NCBI GenBank assembly: GCA_903899885.1
Contig: CAIULK010000014.1
Location: 18,362 to 82,361 of the forward strand
Length of the DNA: 64,000 nt
Source: an uncultured Rhodospirillaceae bacterium
GTDB taxonomy: Bacteria; Pseudomonadota; Alphaproteobacteria; Rhodospirillales; Magnetospirillaceae
Direction: 5' to 3'
Below, piece after piece: positions 9,107 through 19,271 of the stretch. The notes below the pieces were generated by a model. The model ran no database searches. It had not been told where the DNA came from and worked only from the letters and a program-made list of their open reading frames with translations. The first letter of the stretch is position 1. The number at the start of each line of letters is the position of its first letter. Both the position numbers and the translations under genes were made by a program.

Positions 9107-10977
9107 GCGGAATCATGACCGCGCTGCTGATGGTCTTGTCCTCGGCGGGTTGGGGAACGCTGCTTTTGCGATTAACCGGGGCCGCGTCGATCACCACCCC
9201 AGCCGAACGGTTTGGATGGTCGTTCACGCTGGGGATGGGGGTGCTCGGTTGGCTGGGATTTTGGACGGCGGCGCTGTTCGGGGTATCGGCCGCGACGTTG
9301 TGGGCGCCGGTCGTGATCGGACTGGCCGGACTGGCGGTATTGGCGCGGGGGCCGCTGCGCCCGCCCCGTGATCCTTGGCTGTGGGCGCTGGGTGCGCTGG
9401 CGTTGACGGCGTTGGTCCTCGACGGCGCGTCGGCGCTGGTGCCGCCGGTTGATGGCGACAGCATGGCCTATCACTTCGCGCTGCCCAAGGCGTGGCTGCG
9501 AAGCGGACATCTCGATTTCGTGCCGCAAGCGGTCGAGGCGGCGGTGCCCCTGCTACTGCACGTCACCTATCTACAGGCGCTGGGTTTGGGCGGCGAAACC
9601 GGGCTGACCCTGTGGTGCGGACTGAACGCCTGGTTCCTGCCGCTGGCGGTGGCCGTCACCGGGATGCGGTACCTGCCGCCCCGCTGGGCTTTCGGCGTGG
9701 CCTTGCTGATCAAGCTGTTACCCGCCGTCGTCTACGGCTCTCCCGCCGGTCAGGTCGAGGTGCGGCTGGCCGCCTTCTTTTTCGTCGCGGTGTTCGCCGC
9801 CGCGCGGGCCCGGCGATCACAGGCGGCGGGCCCGGCGGCGCTGGCCGGACTGGCCGCCGGTCTGTGCATGGCGGTGAAATATTCCGGTTTGGTGGCCCCG
9901 GCGGCATGCGGCCTGCTGATGCTGGCCCCCGGCGCTTGGTTCCGCCGCGCGGTGGCGTTCGGTCTTCTGGCGCTGTTGGCGGGTGGTCAATGGTACGGCT
10001 GGAACGCGCTGCATACCGGCGACCCCTTGTTCCCGATGCTGTGGGGCCATCTGCCCTACCGGCCCGAAACCCATTGGGACGGGGCGATGGCCGAGGTGTT
10101 CAAGGGCTATCTCGCGATGGAACACGGTGTTCCGGCGACGTTCGGCTGGTTTCTGGCCTATCCCTTTCAGGCGACCTTCGACGGGTTGCCCGCCTTCGAA
10201 TCCGGACGGACCGGATTCGGCCCCTACGGCGTGCTGATCCTGCCCTTCGCCCTGATCGGCGCCTGGAAGGCCCGGCGGCACTGGCGCGATTCGGATTTGG
10301 GCTGGGTGCTGGCGGCCTGCGTCCTGGGATACGCCTTATGGTTCTTCGGCGGGTCCTCGCAGCGGGTTCGGCATTTCCTACCCTATTTCGTGCCCGCCGT
10401 GATCGCCCTGACGGCGGCGGCACGCCCCATTGCCCGGCCGGCGCCGGCGATCGCCTTGGGGCTGACCCTACTGATTCAGTTGGGCGGACTGGCCGTGTTC
10501 GCCCAGCAAAACGTGGTGTGGCTGCTAACCAGCCGCGACCGCGATGCCTATCTGTCGGCCAATCTGTCGTCCTGGCCGGTGGCGCGCTGGCTGAACGGCC
10601 ATCTCGGGCCGCACGACACGGTGCTGATCACCTTGCGCGAGATCAATTACTTGATCGACCCGCCGACCTTTCTGGCGATGCCGAACTATGAAGCGGTCAT
10701 TCCCTTGCCGCCCGGACCCGACGCGGCGCAAAATCTGGCCCGGTTGCGCGACCAGGGGATCACCCATCTGGTGGTCAACGGCGTGACACCGGGCCAAGCG
10801 GCGGACGGCGACATGGCGCGATTGGCCGGGCCCTTGCTGAACGCGGGCTGCCTGCGCCAAATCGGCGCCGTCGCCACGCCCGGTCTGTTAAGATCGCGGA
10901 CCCTGGGGCTTCGCGCCGAGGGTGAAGCACTGCATTATGTTTATGCCGTCGGCGGGCCGGACTGCCGTTTGCCGTGA
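9103..10977 (+). CDS. GT-C-fold (ArnT/PMT-like) membrane glycosyltransferase
   Basis: Polytopic; DGDSMAYHFALPK loop, AVKYSG, NALHTGDPLFP; C-terminal periplasmic domain. Confidence 0.7.
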   Translation: MSGIMTALLMVLSSAGWGTLLLRLTGAASITTPAERFGWSFTLGMGVLGWLGFWTAALFGVSAATLWAPVVIGLAGLAVLARGPLRPPRDPWLWALGALALTALVLDGASALVPPVDGDSMAYHFALPKAWLRSGHLDFVPQAVEAAVPLLLHVTYLQALGLGGETGLTLWCGLNAWFLPLAVAVTGMRYLPPRWAFGVALLIKLLPAVVYGSPAGQVEVRLAAFFFVAVFAAARARRSQAAGPAALAGLAAGLCMAVKYSGLVAPAACGLLMLAPGAWFRRAVAFGLLALLAGGQWYGWNALHTGDPLFPMLWGHLPYRPETHWDGAMAEVFKGYLAMEHGVPATFGWFLAYPFQATFDGLPAFESGRTGFGPYGVLILPFALIGAWKARRHWRDSDLGWVLAACVLGYALWFFGGSSQRVRHFLPYFVPAVIALTAAARPIARPAPAIALGLTLLIQLGGLAVFAQQNVVWLLTSRDRDAYLSANLSSWPVARWLNGHLGPHDTVLITLREINYLIDPPTFLAMPNYEAVIPLPPGPDAAQNLARLRDQGITHLVVNGVTPGQAADGDMARLAGPLLNAGCLRQIGAVATPGLLRSRTLGLRAEGEALHYVYAVGGPDCRLP

Positions 10978-11016
10978 TACGCCCAAAGTCATTTGGAAAC
11001 CTGAGGGGATGATAAA

Positions 11017-12219
11017 ATGTCCATAAAAGAAAAATTCATTAAAGGCTATTTAGGGCTTTCGATATCCGTCGCCATTTCCGTTGCCGGGCTCGGTGTTCTT
11101 GAATTGGCCGCGCGCTTACATGAAACGCCCCAGGTATCCCTATTGGATTGGACGACGTTCAAGATCAGCGACGAGGCGAATTCCGCCGCGTACCGTGGCG
11201 TCGATAGGACGCGGTCTTGCGACGAGGATTCGGCGTTCTCCTTCGACAGCCTGTTCGAATCGGCTCTCCCCGCTCCCCCTCCGGCAAAGATGGGAATGTG
11301 GGGGGCATCCTTGTACCGCCCGTTCATCATGCACTACATCCCGAACCGGATCGGCGGCGGCACGCTTTCGCAACCGGCGGCGCTGCCCCATACCGTGTTC
11401 GTATTCGGCGGCAGCACGGTGGCGGGCGACGGCATCCGCTGTAACGATGATCTGCTGACCGCGAAATTGCACGAAAGCCGTCCGATCCAAGCCTTTGCCA
11501 ATATGGCGGTGTCGGGGCACAACCACAACAATTCGTCGGCCTTATACCTCGAGCTGCTCAAATCGGGCTATCGGCCCGACGAGGTTTGGTTTTACGAGGG
11601 TTCAAACGACGCGACGCACCGGGTCGCCTTCGGCGTGCCCACCATGGGCTACGAGAATGCCGTCATGGCGGCGATGAATCGCGGCTTGGCCTTTCGTGTG
11701 ATCGGCGGCCTGACCCATGCGTCGGCGCTGGCACGGTTTGTTTTGCACAACGACCCCCGGCAGCAGCATCTGTATCAGACCGAGGCAGGCCCTCCGGCGA
11801 TGGCCGCCACCGTCGCGGCACTTACCGACCGCGCCTCCTTGCACGCACGGGCCGTTCGCACGGCCGGCCGGATGCTCGAGGATTTTCAGTTTCTGTCCGA
11901 TGTTTCGAAAATGAAGGGCATCACACTGCGCTTCGTGCTTCAGCCAACTCTGTTCACGCTAAAAAATCCGAGCGACGAGGAAACAACCATCCTAGCCAAG
12001 GTCGAGACCAACGCACCCTATATCGGCATTGCCCACGAGGAGTTGTATGCCGAACTGCGCACCCGTTTCGCCGCCGCCGTTCCGGCGGGCCAGTTCATCG
12101 ACGCGACGGATTGTCTGGACGGCAAGGACCGTTCGGTATTCGTTGATTTCGTCCACGTATCGCCGCCCGGTAACGCGCTGATCGCCCGCTGTTTGGCCGC
12201 TCGCATCGGTGCGCACTGA
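11017..12219 (+). CDS. Membrane-anchored SGNH/GDSL hydrolase-family protein (glycan O-acyl transferase or esterase candidate)
   Basis: N-terminal TM; FGGSTVAG (Ser), EGSND (Asn), DFVHVSPPGN (DxxH). Confidence 0.75.
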   Translation: MSIKEKFIKGYLGLSISVAISVAGLGVLELAARLHETPQVSLLDWTTFKISDEANSAAYRGVDRTRSCDEDSAFSFDSLFESALPAPPPAKMGMWGASLYRPFIMHYIPNRIGGGTLSQPAALPHTVFVFGGSTVAGDGIRCNDDLLTAKLHESRPIQAFANMAVSGHNHNNSSALYLELLKSGYRPDEVWFYEGSNDATHRVAFGVPTMGYENAVMAAMNRGLAFRVIGGLTHASALARFVLHNDPRQQHLYQTEAGPPAMAATVAALTDRASLHARAVRTAGRMLEDFQFLSDVSKMKGITLRFVLQPTLFTLKNPSDEETTILAKVETNAPYIGIAHEELYAELRTRFAAAVPAGQFIDATDCLDGKDRSVFVDFVHVSPPGNALIARCLAARIGAH

Positions 12220-12319
12220 AGCCGAATGGCCGAGCCACTTGACCAGAATCCTCGCCTCTTGATCGGCGGACCAAGCCCGCCTAATATCCAGAATTACGGT
12301 TCTCGCTGGAAAACTAAAT

Positions 12320-13702
12320 ATGGGCGAGCGGTTTTCCGGAGATGACATGGTGATCGCGCGTTGGTCCTTTAGGCTGTATCCGGCTTGCCTTGCCGCCAAC
12401 TTCATTCTGTTCCTGAATGGTCTTGCCGGAATCGGCGGATTGCAGGTTTTGCGGGCCGAAGGCCTGCTTGCCCTGGTGCTGACCTCTGTGGCGGCATGGC
12501 GCACCGGCGATCCCCGCGCCCTGCTGACACCCGCCCTGCCGCTTGCCGCCGTCGCCGACCTGTTCGTGCTGACCCTGCCGGGTTATCCGGCCAAGTTCGG
12601 CGCGCTGGGGGTCCGGTACGCCGATGCCATGGCGGCGGACGGACTGTTGGCCGGGCGCATCCTGGCCTGTTTTTGCGCCGCCGCCCTGACGGCAAGCCTG
12701 TTCGTCAGCTTCCGGTGGGCACGCCCGCCGGGCCGGATCCGCACCTCGCCCGGGTTGGCGCTCCCCATCGGCCTGACCGCCGCCGCGGTGATTTTGGCGG
12801 CGATCTACGGCGTGGGCTATACCAGTGAGCACGACTTCCTCACCCCGCTTCTGGGAGCGGTGTTGGCCGGCAACATCTATCAGGCCGTGCCGCCGCTTTT
12901 GTCGCTGATCATGGCCTTCCTCGCTCTTCAAGTGCCGGGCGCGCCGCGCGTGCTGCCGCTGCTGGTGGCGGTGGCGGCGGCCCTGGTGGCGGCGCTGGTC
13001 GCGACGTCATTCATCCGCACCGCGCTGATGGCGACCGCCGCCGTCCTGGTCTTGCTTTTTTTGGTGCCGGGCCGCCTGGACCGCCGCATCCTCGTCATTG
13101 GCGCCGTGGCGATGCTGCTGACCGGCATCGCGGGGGTTCTCGCCGTTCACAAGCGGCGCATCGGCTTCGAGGGTGATATGACCGCACTGGCGGCGAGAGC
13201 CGTCACGGATAAGGTGGGCGAACGTTTCACCGTAACCTTCAGTTGCCTTTCCCAGGGGTTGGCGAGAACCCTGAACGCGCCGCCGCGTCGCACGCCGGTC
13301 TATTTTTTCTCGGGCCTTGTGCCGAGGGTGTTGTGGCCGGACAAACCGGCCCTTTCATGGGGCGATTTCTATACCGTGGCCTATTGCGACGTGCCGATTC
13401 TCGACCCCGCCCATCCGGGCTCGATGTCGGTGACGCTGCTGGGCGAACCGCTGATCGAAGCGGGATGGCCCGGATTTTTTGCCGCCGGCGTGGCGTGGCT
13501 GGCACTGGTGCTCGGCTTCACCCGGCTCTGCATGAAATTGGGGGCGCCCGGAATGGGCTGGATGGCGGCGATGATTCCTTGGCTGGCCGATTTCGACCAG
13601 TCGTTTACGATGTATTGCGCGCTCGGCGTGAAAACGGCACTCATCATGGCGCCGTTCATAGCGGTTTGGTGGTGGTGGAATGGACGCTCTCAAGGCGCCT
13701 GA
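12320..13702 (+). CDS. Putative O-antigen/polysaccharide polymerase (Wzy-like); start uncertain
   Basis: Polytopic membrane protein with LVPRVLWPDKP and TLLGEPLIEAGWPG, as commonly seen in Wzy-like proteins. Confidence 0.6.
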   Translation: MGERFSGDDMVIARWSFRLYPACLAANFILFLNGLAGIGGLQVLRAEGLLALVLTSVAAWRTGDPRALLTPALPLAAVADLFVLTLPGYPAKFGALGVRYADAMAADGLLAGRILACFCAAALTASLFVSFRWARPPGRIRTSPGLALPIGLTAAAVILAAIYGVGYTSEHDFLTPLLGAVLAGNIYQAVPPLLSLIMAFLALQVPGAPRVLPLLVAVAAALVAALVATSFIRTALMATAAVLVLLFLVPGRLDRRILVIGAVAMLLTGIAGVLAVHKRRIGFEGDMTALAARAVTDKVGERFTVTFSCLSQGLARTLNAPPRRTPVYFFSGLVPRVLWPDKPALSWGDFYTVAYCDVPILDPAHPGSMSVTLLGEPLIEAGWPGFFAAGVAWLALVLGFTRLCMKLGAPGMGWMAAMIPWLADFDQSFTMYCALGVKTALIMAPFIAVWWWWNGRSQGA

Positions 13703-14798
13703 CGGAAAGATCCGGGTGCTGATCAATGCGCTGCACTCGAAATCCGGGGGCGGCATGACCTATCTCAGCAATGTCGTTCCCGCCTTGGCGGCGGAGGGCG
13801 GCATCGAGCTGCATGTCGCCCTGCACGAGAACCAGCTGAACCGCTACGAGTGGTTGGTGGACCATGCCAACCTGCATGTCTTCGACTTTCCCGACCGCAT
13901 GGCGACGACGCTGTTGTGGGAGCAGTTCGCGCTGCCGGTGGTGGCACGCATGATGCGGGCCGACGTGGTCTATTCCCCCGCCAATTTCGGGCCGCTGCTG
14001 TTGCGCAACGGCGTCGTCCTGCTCGCCAATTCCCTGGCCGTGGCGGCGATGGAGGTTCGTCTCGGCAAGATCTTGTATTGGGCGGCGCTGACCGTGATGA
14101 CGGCGCTGTCGGTGATCGCGGCGCGGCGGGTGGCGGGGGTATCCCATTACGCGGTCGATGGCGTGCTGCGCGGGCCCTTGCGGCTGTTGCGGCGCAAGAG
14201 CGACGTGATCCATCTGGGGGTCGCGCCGCAATTCTCGCCCGCTCCGGTCGTCCGCGGGAGCAACCTTTTGGCGGTGGGCGACATCTATATCCAGAAAAAC
14301 TATCACACGCTGCTGCGGTCGTTCGCGCGGTTGGCCGAACGCCATCCGGACCTGACCCTCGACATCGCCGGGCGGGAGGTGGACAGCCATTACGCCGCCG
14401 GTCTGCGCCGGCTCGTCGCCGATCTGGGACTGCAGGAGCGGGTTTCATTCCTGGGATACGCGACGCCCGAGCAGTTGTGCGAGCGCTACCGGCGTTGCCG
14501 GGTGTTCGTCTTTCCGTCCACGGTGGAAACCTTCGGCATTCCCCTGATCGAGGCCATGGCCTGCGGCGCGCCCATCGCCGGATCCGACCGGGCGGCCATG
14601 CGCGAGGTGGCGGCGGACAACATGGCCTATTTCGATCCCGAGGACGTGGATTCGATGGCCGGGGTGATCGATGCCCTGCTGCACGACGAAGCCCGCCGCG
14701 CGGATCTGTCCCAAAGGGCCGTTGAACGGGCCGCGTTATTCTCGTGGCGGCATCACGCCGAACGGATCGCCGCAGTTCTTCAGCTGGCGGCACGCTGA
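13680..14798 (+). CDS. Glycosyltransferase family 4
   Basis: QKNY, FVFPSTVETFGIPLIEAMACG. Confidence 0.9.
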   Translation: MDALKAPDGKIRVLINALHSKSGGGMTYLSNVVPALAAEGGIELHVALHENQLNRYEWLVDHANLHVFDFPDRMATTLLWEQFALPVVARMMRADVVYSPANFGPLLLRNGVVLLANSLAVAAMEVRLGKILYWAALTVMTALSVIAARRVAGVSHYAVDGVLRGPLRLLRRKSDVIHLGVAPQFSPAPVVRGSNLLAVGDIYIQKNYHTLLRSFARLAERHPDLTLDIAGREVDSHYAAGLRRLVADLGLQERVSFLGYATPEQLCERYRRCRVFVFPSTVETFGIPLIEAMACGAPIAGSDRAAMREVAADNMAYFDPEDVDSMAGVIDALLHDEARRADLSQRAVERAALFSWRHHAERIAAVLQLAAR

Positions 14799-14801
14799 TT
14801 C

Positions 14802-15998
14802 ATGAGCCGGGGATCGGTCCTGCTGGTGACGCTGCCGCCCTTCCGGGGCGGGGTTCCCGCGAAGGCGGCACTGCTGGCCCGCCACCTGCGCGAGCGGGGA
14901 TGGGACGTGCATGTGGCGTATTACGCCACCCTTGCCGATCATCCCGAACTGGTCGTTCCGTCCTGGCGGCTGCCGTCGGGGGCGCGGCCCGCCCGCCTCG
15001 ACGCGACCTGCTGGGATGATTTCCCCAGCCACGCCATCGGCTGCCGTTTTCCCGAACTGGAGGCGCCCTATACCATCCCCTCGCCGTCATGGCGGCGGTT
15101 GTTCGCGGGGTTCGACCGTCATATCGCGGTCGGGGGCACGCCGTTGATCTCCAACCTGCTGGTGGGCTGCGGCATCCGCCATCTTTTGTGGTGCGCCGCT
15201 CCCTTATCCGAGGACCGCCGGGCGCGGGAAGACGCGATGCCGGCGCCGCGCCGGATGCTCGACCGCGCGCTGATCCGGCCATGGCTGCGGCGCCAGGAAC
15301 GGCGGGTTCTGACCTCGCCTCTGTGCCGGGTGGCGGGCGTCAGCCGTTATACCTGCCGGACGTTGGCGGCGCTGGGCGCCGCCGAACCCGCGTGGCTGCC
15401 GATTCCCACCGATTCCGGACGGTTCGCGCCGCCGCTTCGGCCTGCCGCCGTTGGAACCATCGGTTTCGCCGGGCGTCTGGGTGATCCCCGCAAGCGGGTG
15501 GAGCTGCTGCTGCACGCGACGGCGCGGCTAATCGAGCAGGGCGTTCCAGCGCGGCTGCGCCTCGCCGGCGACGCGCCCGAGGAGCTAAAGCGGCATGCCG
15601 GACAGCTGGGTTTGGAGGGCGTGGTGGAATTCCTGGGCCACGTTCGGCCCGAGGATCTGCCCGCCTTCTATCAAGGCCTGGACCTGTTTGCCCTGCCGTC
15701 CAGCCAGGAGGGATTGGGGATCGTCGGCGTCGAGGCGATCGCCTCGGGCGTGCCGGTGGTGACGGCAACGCGGGGAAGCGGTCCCGACGATTACGTGATC
15801 GATGGCGTGACCGGCCGTTTCGTCGATCCCACGGCCGAATCCCTGGCCGACGAACTGGCGGCACTGATCGCCGACCCCGCCGCCCGTGCCGCGATGTCAG
15901 CGGCGGCGCGCGCCCTCGCGGTTGAACGCTATGGATTCCCGGCGTTTCACCAAGGGCTGGCGGCGGTCTGGGAACAGGTCTGGGGGGACCGGCCGTGA
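14802..15998 (+). CDS. Glycosyltransferase family 4
   Basis: FAGRLGDPRK, LPSSQEGLGIVGVEAIASG. Confidence 0.88.
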   Translation: MSRGSVLLVTLPPFRGGVPAKAALLARHLRERGWDVHVAYYATLADHPELVVPSWRLPSGARPARLDATCWDDFPSHAIGCRFPELEAPYTIPSPSWRRLFAGFDRHIAVGGTPLISNLLVGCGIRHLLWCAAPLSEDRRAREDAMPAPRRMLDRALIRPWLRRQERRVLTSPLCRVAGVSRYTCRTLAALGAAEPAWLPIPTDSGRFAPPLRPAAVGTIGFAGRLGDPRKRVELLLHATARLIEQGVPARLRLAGDAPEELKRHAGQLGLEGVVEFLGHVRPEDLPAFYQGLDLFALPSSQEGLGIVGVEAIASGVPVVTATRGSGPDDYVIDGVTGRFVDPTAESLADELAALIADPAARAAMSAAARALAVERYGFPAFHQGLAAVWEQVWGDRP

Positions 15999-17098
15999 TC
16001 CGCCTGCTCTATGTGGTCAGCCACCCGATTCAGTATCAGGCGCCGCTGTTGCGGTTGATCGCCGCCCAGCCCGACATCCGTCTGAAGGTGCTGTTCCGGC
16101 GCATGCCCGACGGAGAAATCGATCCGGGTTTCGGCGTGCCGGTGCGCTGGGATGTTCCGCTGCTGGACGGCTACAACCACGCCCCGCTGGATTTCGCCGA
16201 TTTGAGCCGGGAGCTTGACGCCACCGACGCGGTCTGGCTGCACGGCTGGCAGGGAACGGCGATGAAACGCGTGCTTCTGGCCGCCCGCCCGCGGGGCCTG
16301 CCGGTACTGATGCGCGGCGAGAACTGGCTGGGCGCGATGCCCGAGGCGGGCTGGCGCGGCCGAGCCAAGCGGATCTATCTGCGCGCCCTATTCGCCCTGT
16401 GCGCCGGCTTCCTGGCGGTGGGCCGCGAAAACGCACGCTATTACGCCCGTCTGGGCGTGCCGCCCGCGCGGATCTTTCCGATGCCCTATGCGGTCGACAA
16501 CGGTTTTTTCGCTCGCGCGGCCACCGAATCCGATCCCGCCGCTTTGCGGGCCGCGCTTGGCTTGCCGGAGGGGCGGCCGATCGTGCTTTACGCGGGCAAG
16601 CTGGTGCGCCGCAAACATCCGCACACGTTGCTGAACGCTTGGCGCCGGGCATTCCCCGAGGAGGCCCGCCCATTATTGCTGTTTGTCGGCGACGGCGCGA
16701 TGCGGCCGGAGCTGGAGGCCGGGGCCGAATCCGGCGTCCATTTCCTCGGCTTTCGCAATCAGACCGAACTGCCCGCCCTTTACGCCCTGGCCGACGTTTT
16801 CGTGCTGGCGGCCGAAGCCGAGGCGTGGGGGTTGGCGATCAACGAGGCGATGGCCTGCGGCACGGCGGTGATCGCGGGCGACGGCTGCGGCGCCGCCCAT
16901 GATCTGGTCGATCCATCCGTCGGCCGGCTGGTGCCGTCCGGCGATATCGACGCGCTGGCCGATGCCCTGCGCGAGGTGCTGCCGAGGGCCGCGGAACTGG
17001 GGGCGGCGGCGGCCCGCCGGATCGCCGAGTGGGATTTCGCCGCCGATCTTCGCGGCCTGCGCGCCGCGCTATCGTGCGTGGCCGGGGGGCGGGGATGA
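15995..17098 (+). CDS. Glycosyltransferase family 4
   Basis: SHPIQYQAP, YAGKLVRRK, EAWGLAINEAMACG. Confidence 0.9.
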   Translation: MIRLLYVVSHPIQYQAPLLRLIAAQPDIRLKVLFRRMPDGEIDPGFGVPVRWDVPLLDGYNHAPLDFADLSRELDATDAVWLHGWQGTAMKRVLLAARPRGLPVLMRGENWLGAMPEAGWRGRAKRIYLRALFALCAGFLAVGRENARYYARLGVPPARIFPMPYAVDNGFFARAATESDPAALRAALGLPEGRPIVLYAGKLVRRKHPHTLLNAWRRAFPEEARPLLLFVGDGAMRPELEAGAESGVHFLGFRNQTELPALYALADVFVLAAEAEAWGLAINEAMACGTAVIAGDGCGAAHDLVDPSVGRLVPSGDIDALADALREVLPRAAELGAAAARRIAEWDFAADLRGLRAALSCVAGGRG

Positions 17099-18144
17099 CG
17101 GCGCCGCTCTCCATCTTGTTCGTGGCCGAGGCGGTGACCGGTTCGCGGTCGGCGCAACGGCTGAACGCGCTGCGCGGCCTGGGGCACCGCGTCGTCTTCG
17201 TGCCGACCACCCCGCCGGGCTTTTGTTGCGAGGATTCACCCAGCCTGGCCTATCGCGTCAGCTATCGGCTGCGGCTGCCCCTCGACCGCGCCGGGGTGAA
17301 CGCGGCACTGAACGGGATCGACGCGTCCGCGTTCGACGTCGTCCTTCTCGACAACGCCGCGATGATCCGCCGGACGGCCCTTATCGGCCTGAAACGGCGC
17401 AATCCCCGGCTGCGTCTGGTGTGGTTCTCGGAAGACGACCTGATGAATCCCCGCCATCGCAGCCGCTGGCTGGAAGCGGCGATTCCCCTGTTCGACCTGT
17501 GGGTGACCACCAAATCCTTCAACGCGGATCCGAACGAATTGCCGCGTCTTGGGGCCAAGCGGATCCTGTTCGTGAACAACTCCTTCGATCCCGATCTGCA
17601 TCGTCCGGTGAGCGTGGACGAGTCCGAGCGCCAAGCCTTCAGCGCCGATGTCAGCTTCGTCGGCACCTTCGAAGCACCCCGCGCCGCCAGCCTGCTGCAT
17701 CTCGCCCGCCAGGGAATTGCCTGCCGGGTGTGGGGCAACGGTTGGGGCGGGATGATCGGTCTGCACCCAAACCTTGTCGTCCGTAACAGGCCGGTTTATG
17801 GTCCGGATTATCCGCGGGTTCTGGCGGCCAGCGCGGTGAATCTCTGTTTCCTGCGCCATTTCAACCGCGACCGCCAAACCACCCGCTCGGTCGAGATTCC
17901 GGCGTGCGGCGCGTTCATGCTGCATGAACGGTCGGAGGAGATGATGGCGTTGCTGCGTGATGGGGTCGAGGCGGCCTATTTTTCGGACGATACCGAGCTG
18001 ACCGCTCAATGCCGCCGTTGGCTGGCCGATCCCGGCACCCGTTCGGCCGCCGCCGCCGCTGGCCGGGAACGGATCCGGGCGCTGGGACTGTCTCATGCGG
18101 AAACGATGGCGCGCGTTCTCGACGCGGCGGGGTGCCCTTCATGA
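17095..18144 (+). CDS. CgeB-like GT-B glycosyltransferase
   Basis: DVSFVGTFE, NRDRQTTRSVEIPACGAFML; ATGA overlap. Confidence 0.8.
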   Translation: MTAPLSILFVAEAVTGSRSAQRLNALRGLGHRVVFVPTTPPGFCCEDSPSLAYRVSYRLRLPLDRAGVNAALNGIDASAFDVVLLDNAAMIRRTALIGLKRRNPRLRLVWFSEDDLMNPRHRSRWLEAAIPLFDLWVTTKSFNADPNELPRLGAKRILFVNNSFDPDLHRPVSVDESERQAFSADVSFVGTFEAPRAASLLHLARQGIACRVWGNGWGGMIGLHPNLVVRNRPVYGPDYPRVLAASAVNLCFLRHFNRDRQTTRSVEIPACGAFMLHERSEEMMALLRDGVEAAYFSDDTELTAQCRRWLADPGTRSAAAAAGRERIRALGLSHAETMARVLDAAGCPS

Positions 18145-19271
18145 AAGTGCTGATGAACGCGATCTCGGCCCGGCGGGGCGGGATTCTGACCTATACCGGT
18201 AACCTGCTGCGGTCACTGACCGACCGGGGTATTCGGCTGCAAGTCGCGGTGCCGCACGAATTCAAGGCGCCGGACGGCGTCGAGGCGATCCGGATCGGTG
18301 TCGCCAACTACAACCCCGCCCACCGTCTCATGTGGGAACAGACGGTCTGGCCGTTGATGATCCGCAAGTTGGCGCCGGACGTTTTGTTCTCGTCGGCCAA
18401 TTTCGGCCTGCTTCATTCCCCGGTTCCGCAATTGCTGCTGATGCGCGAGGGCGGATTGTTCGATCCGTTCTATCTCAGCCACGTCTCCCCCCATCTCGGG
18501 CTGCGGGCGGGCCTGTTCCGGGCGGCGCGGCGCCGCCTGATGCTGGCCTCGGTGGACCGTGCCGACTTGGTGATGACGCCGTCCCAGGCAATGAAGGATC
18601 TGATCACCCTGTGGCGGCCGGACGCCGCCCGCAAGATCGAGGTCAACCGCTACGGCACCCGCGAGGAGATGTTCGCCAACCCGATGCCGCGCCGGAGCTG
18701 GCGCGCGGACGGGGTGCTTCGGCTGCTGATGGTGTCGGTCTATTATCCGCACAAGCGGCCGGGGGACATCTGCCGGCTGGTGGAGCAATTGGAAGCCCAA
18801 GGCATCGCCGCCCACGCCACCATCACCATGACGTTGGACGAAGTCCGGCGCTCGCCCGGCTCGGCGCTCGACTGGATCGCCATGGAACGCCTGCTGGCGG
18901 CGGGAAAGCTGACCCTGGGCCCGATCCCCTATTCGGAATTGCCCGCGTTGTACGCTTCGCAGGATGTCTTCGTCTTTCCGGCGGTGGCCGAGACCTTCGG
19001 ACACCCCCTCGCCGAGGCGTTGAGCAGCGGCCTGCCGGTGATCGCGGCGGACACGCCGGTGGCCCGCGAGGTCTGTGGCGATCACGCGCTCTACGTCCAG
19101 CCGTTCCTGCCGCGCGCGCTGTTCGAGCGCGTGATGGAACTGGACGCCGATCCCGCCTTGCGCCAACGCCTGACGGCGGAGGGCCGGTCTCATATCCTGT
19201 CGGACCTGCGTTGGGAGGATCACGTCGACCGGCTAGTCGCCCTGTTCACGAAGCTCGCGCGGCGCCGATGA
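18141..19271 (+). CDS. Glycosyltransferase family 4
   Basis: YYPHK, FVFPAVAETFGHPLAEALSSG; resembles 13680..14798. Confidence 0.88.
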   Translation: MKVLMNAISARRGGILTYTGNLLRSLTDRGIRLQVAVPHEFKAPDGVEAIRIGVANYNPAHRLMWEQTVWPLMIRKLAPDVLFSSANFGLLHSPVPQLLLMREGGLFDPFYLSHVSPHLGLRAGLFRAARRRLMLASVDRADLVMTPSQAMKDLITLWRPDAARKIEVNRYGTREEMFANPMPRRSWRADGVLRLLMVSVYYPHKRPGDICRLVEQLEAQGIAAHATITMTLDEVRRSPGSALDWIAMERLLAAGKLTLGPIPYSELPALYASQDVFVFPAVAETFGHPLAEALSSGLPVIAADTPVAREVCGDHALYVQPFLPRALFERVMELDADPALRQRLTAEGRSHILSDLRWEDHVDRLVALFTKLARRR

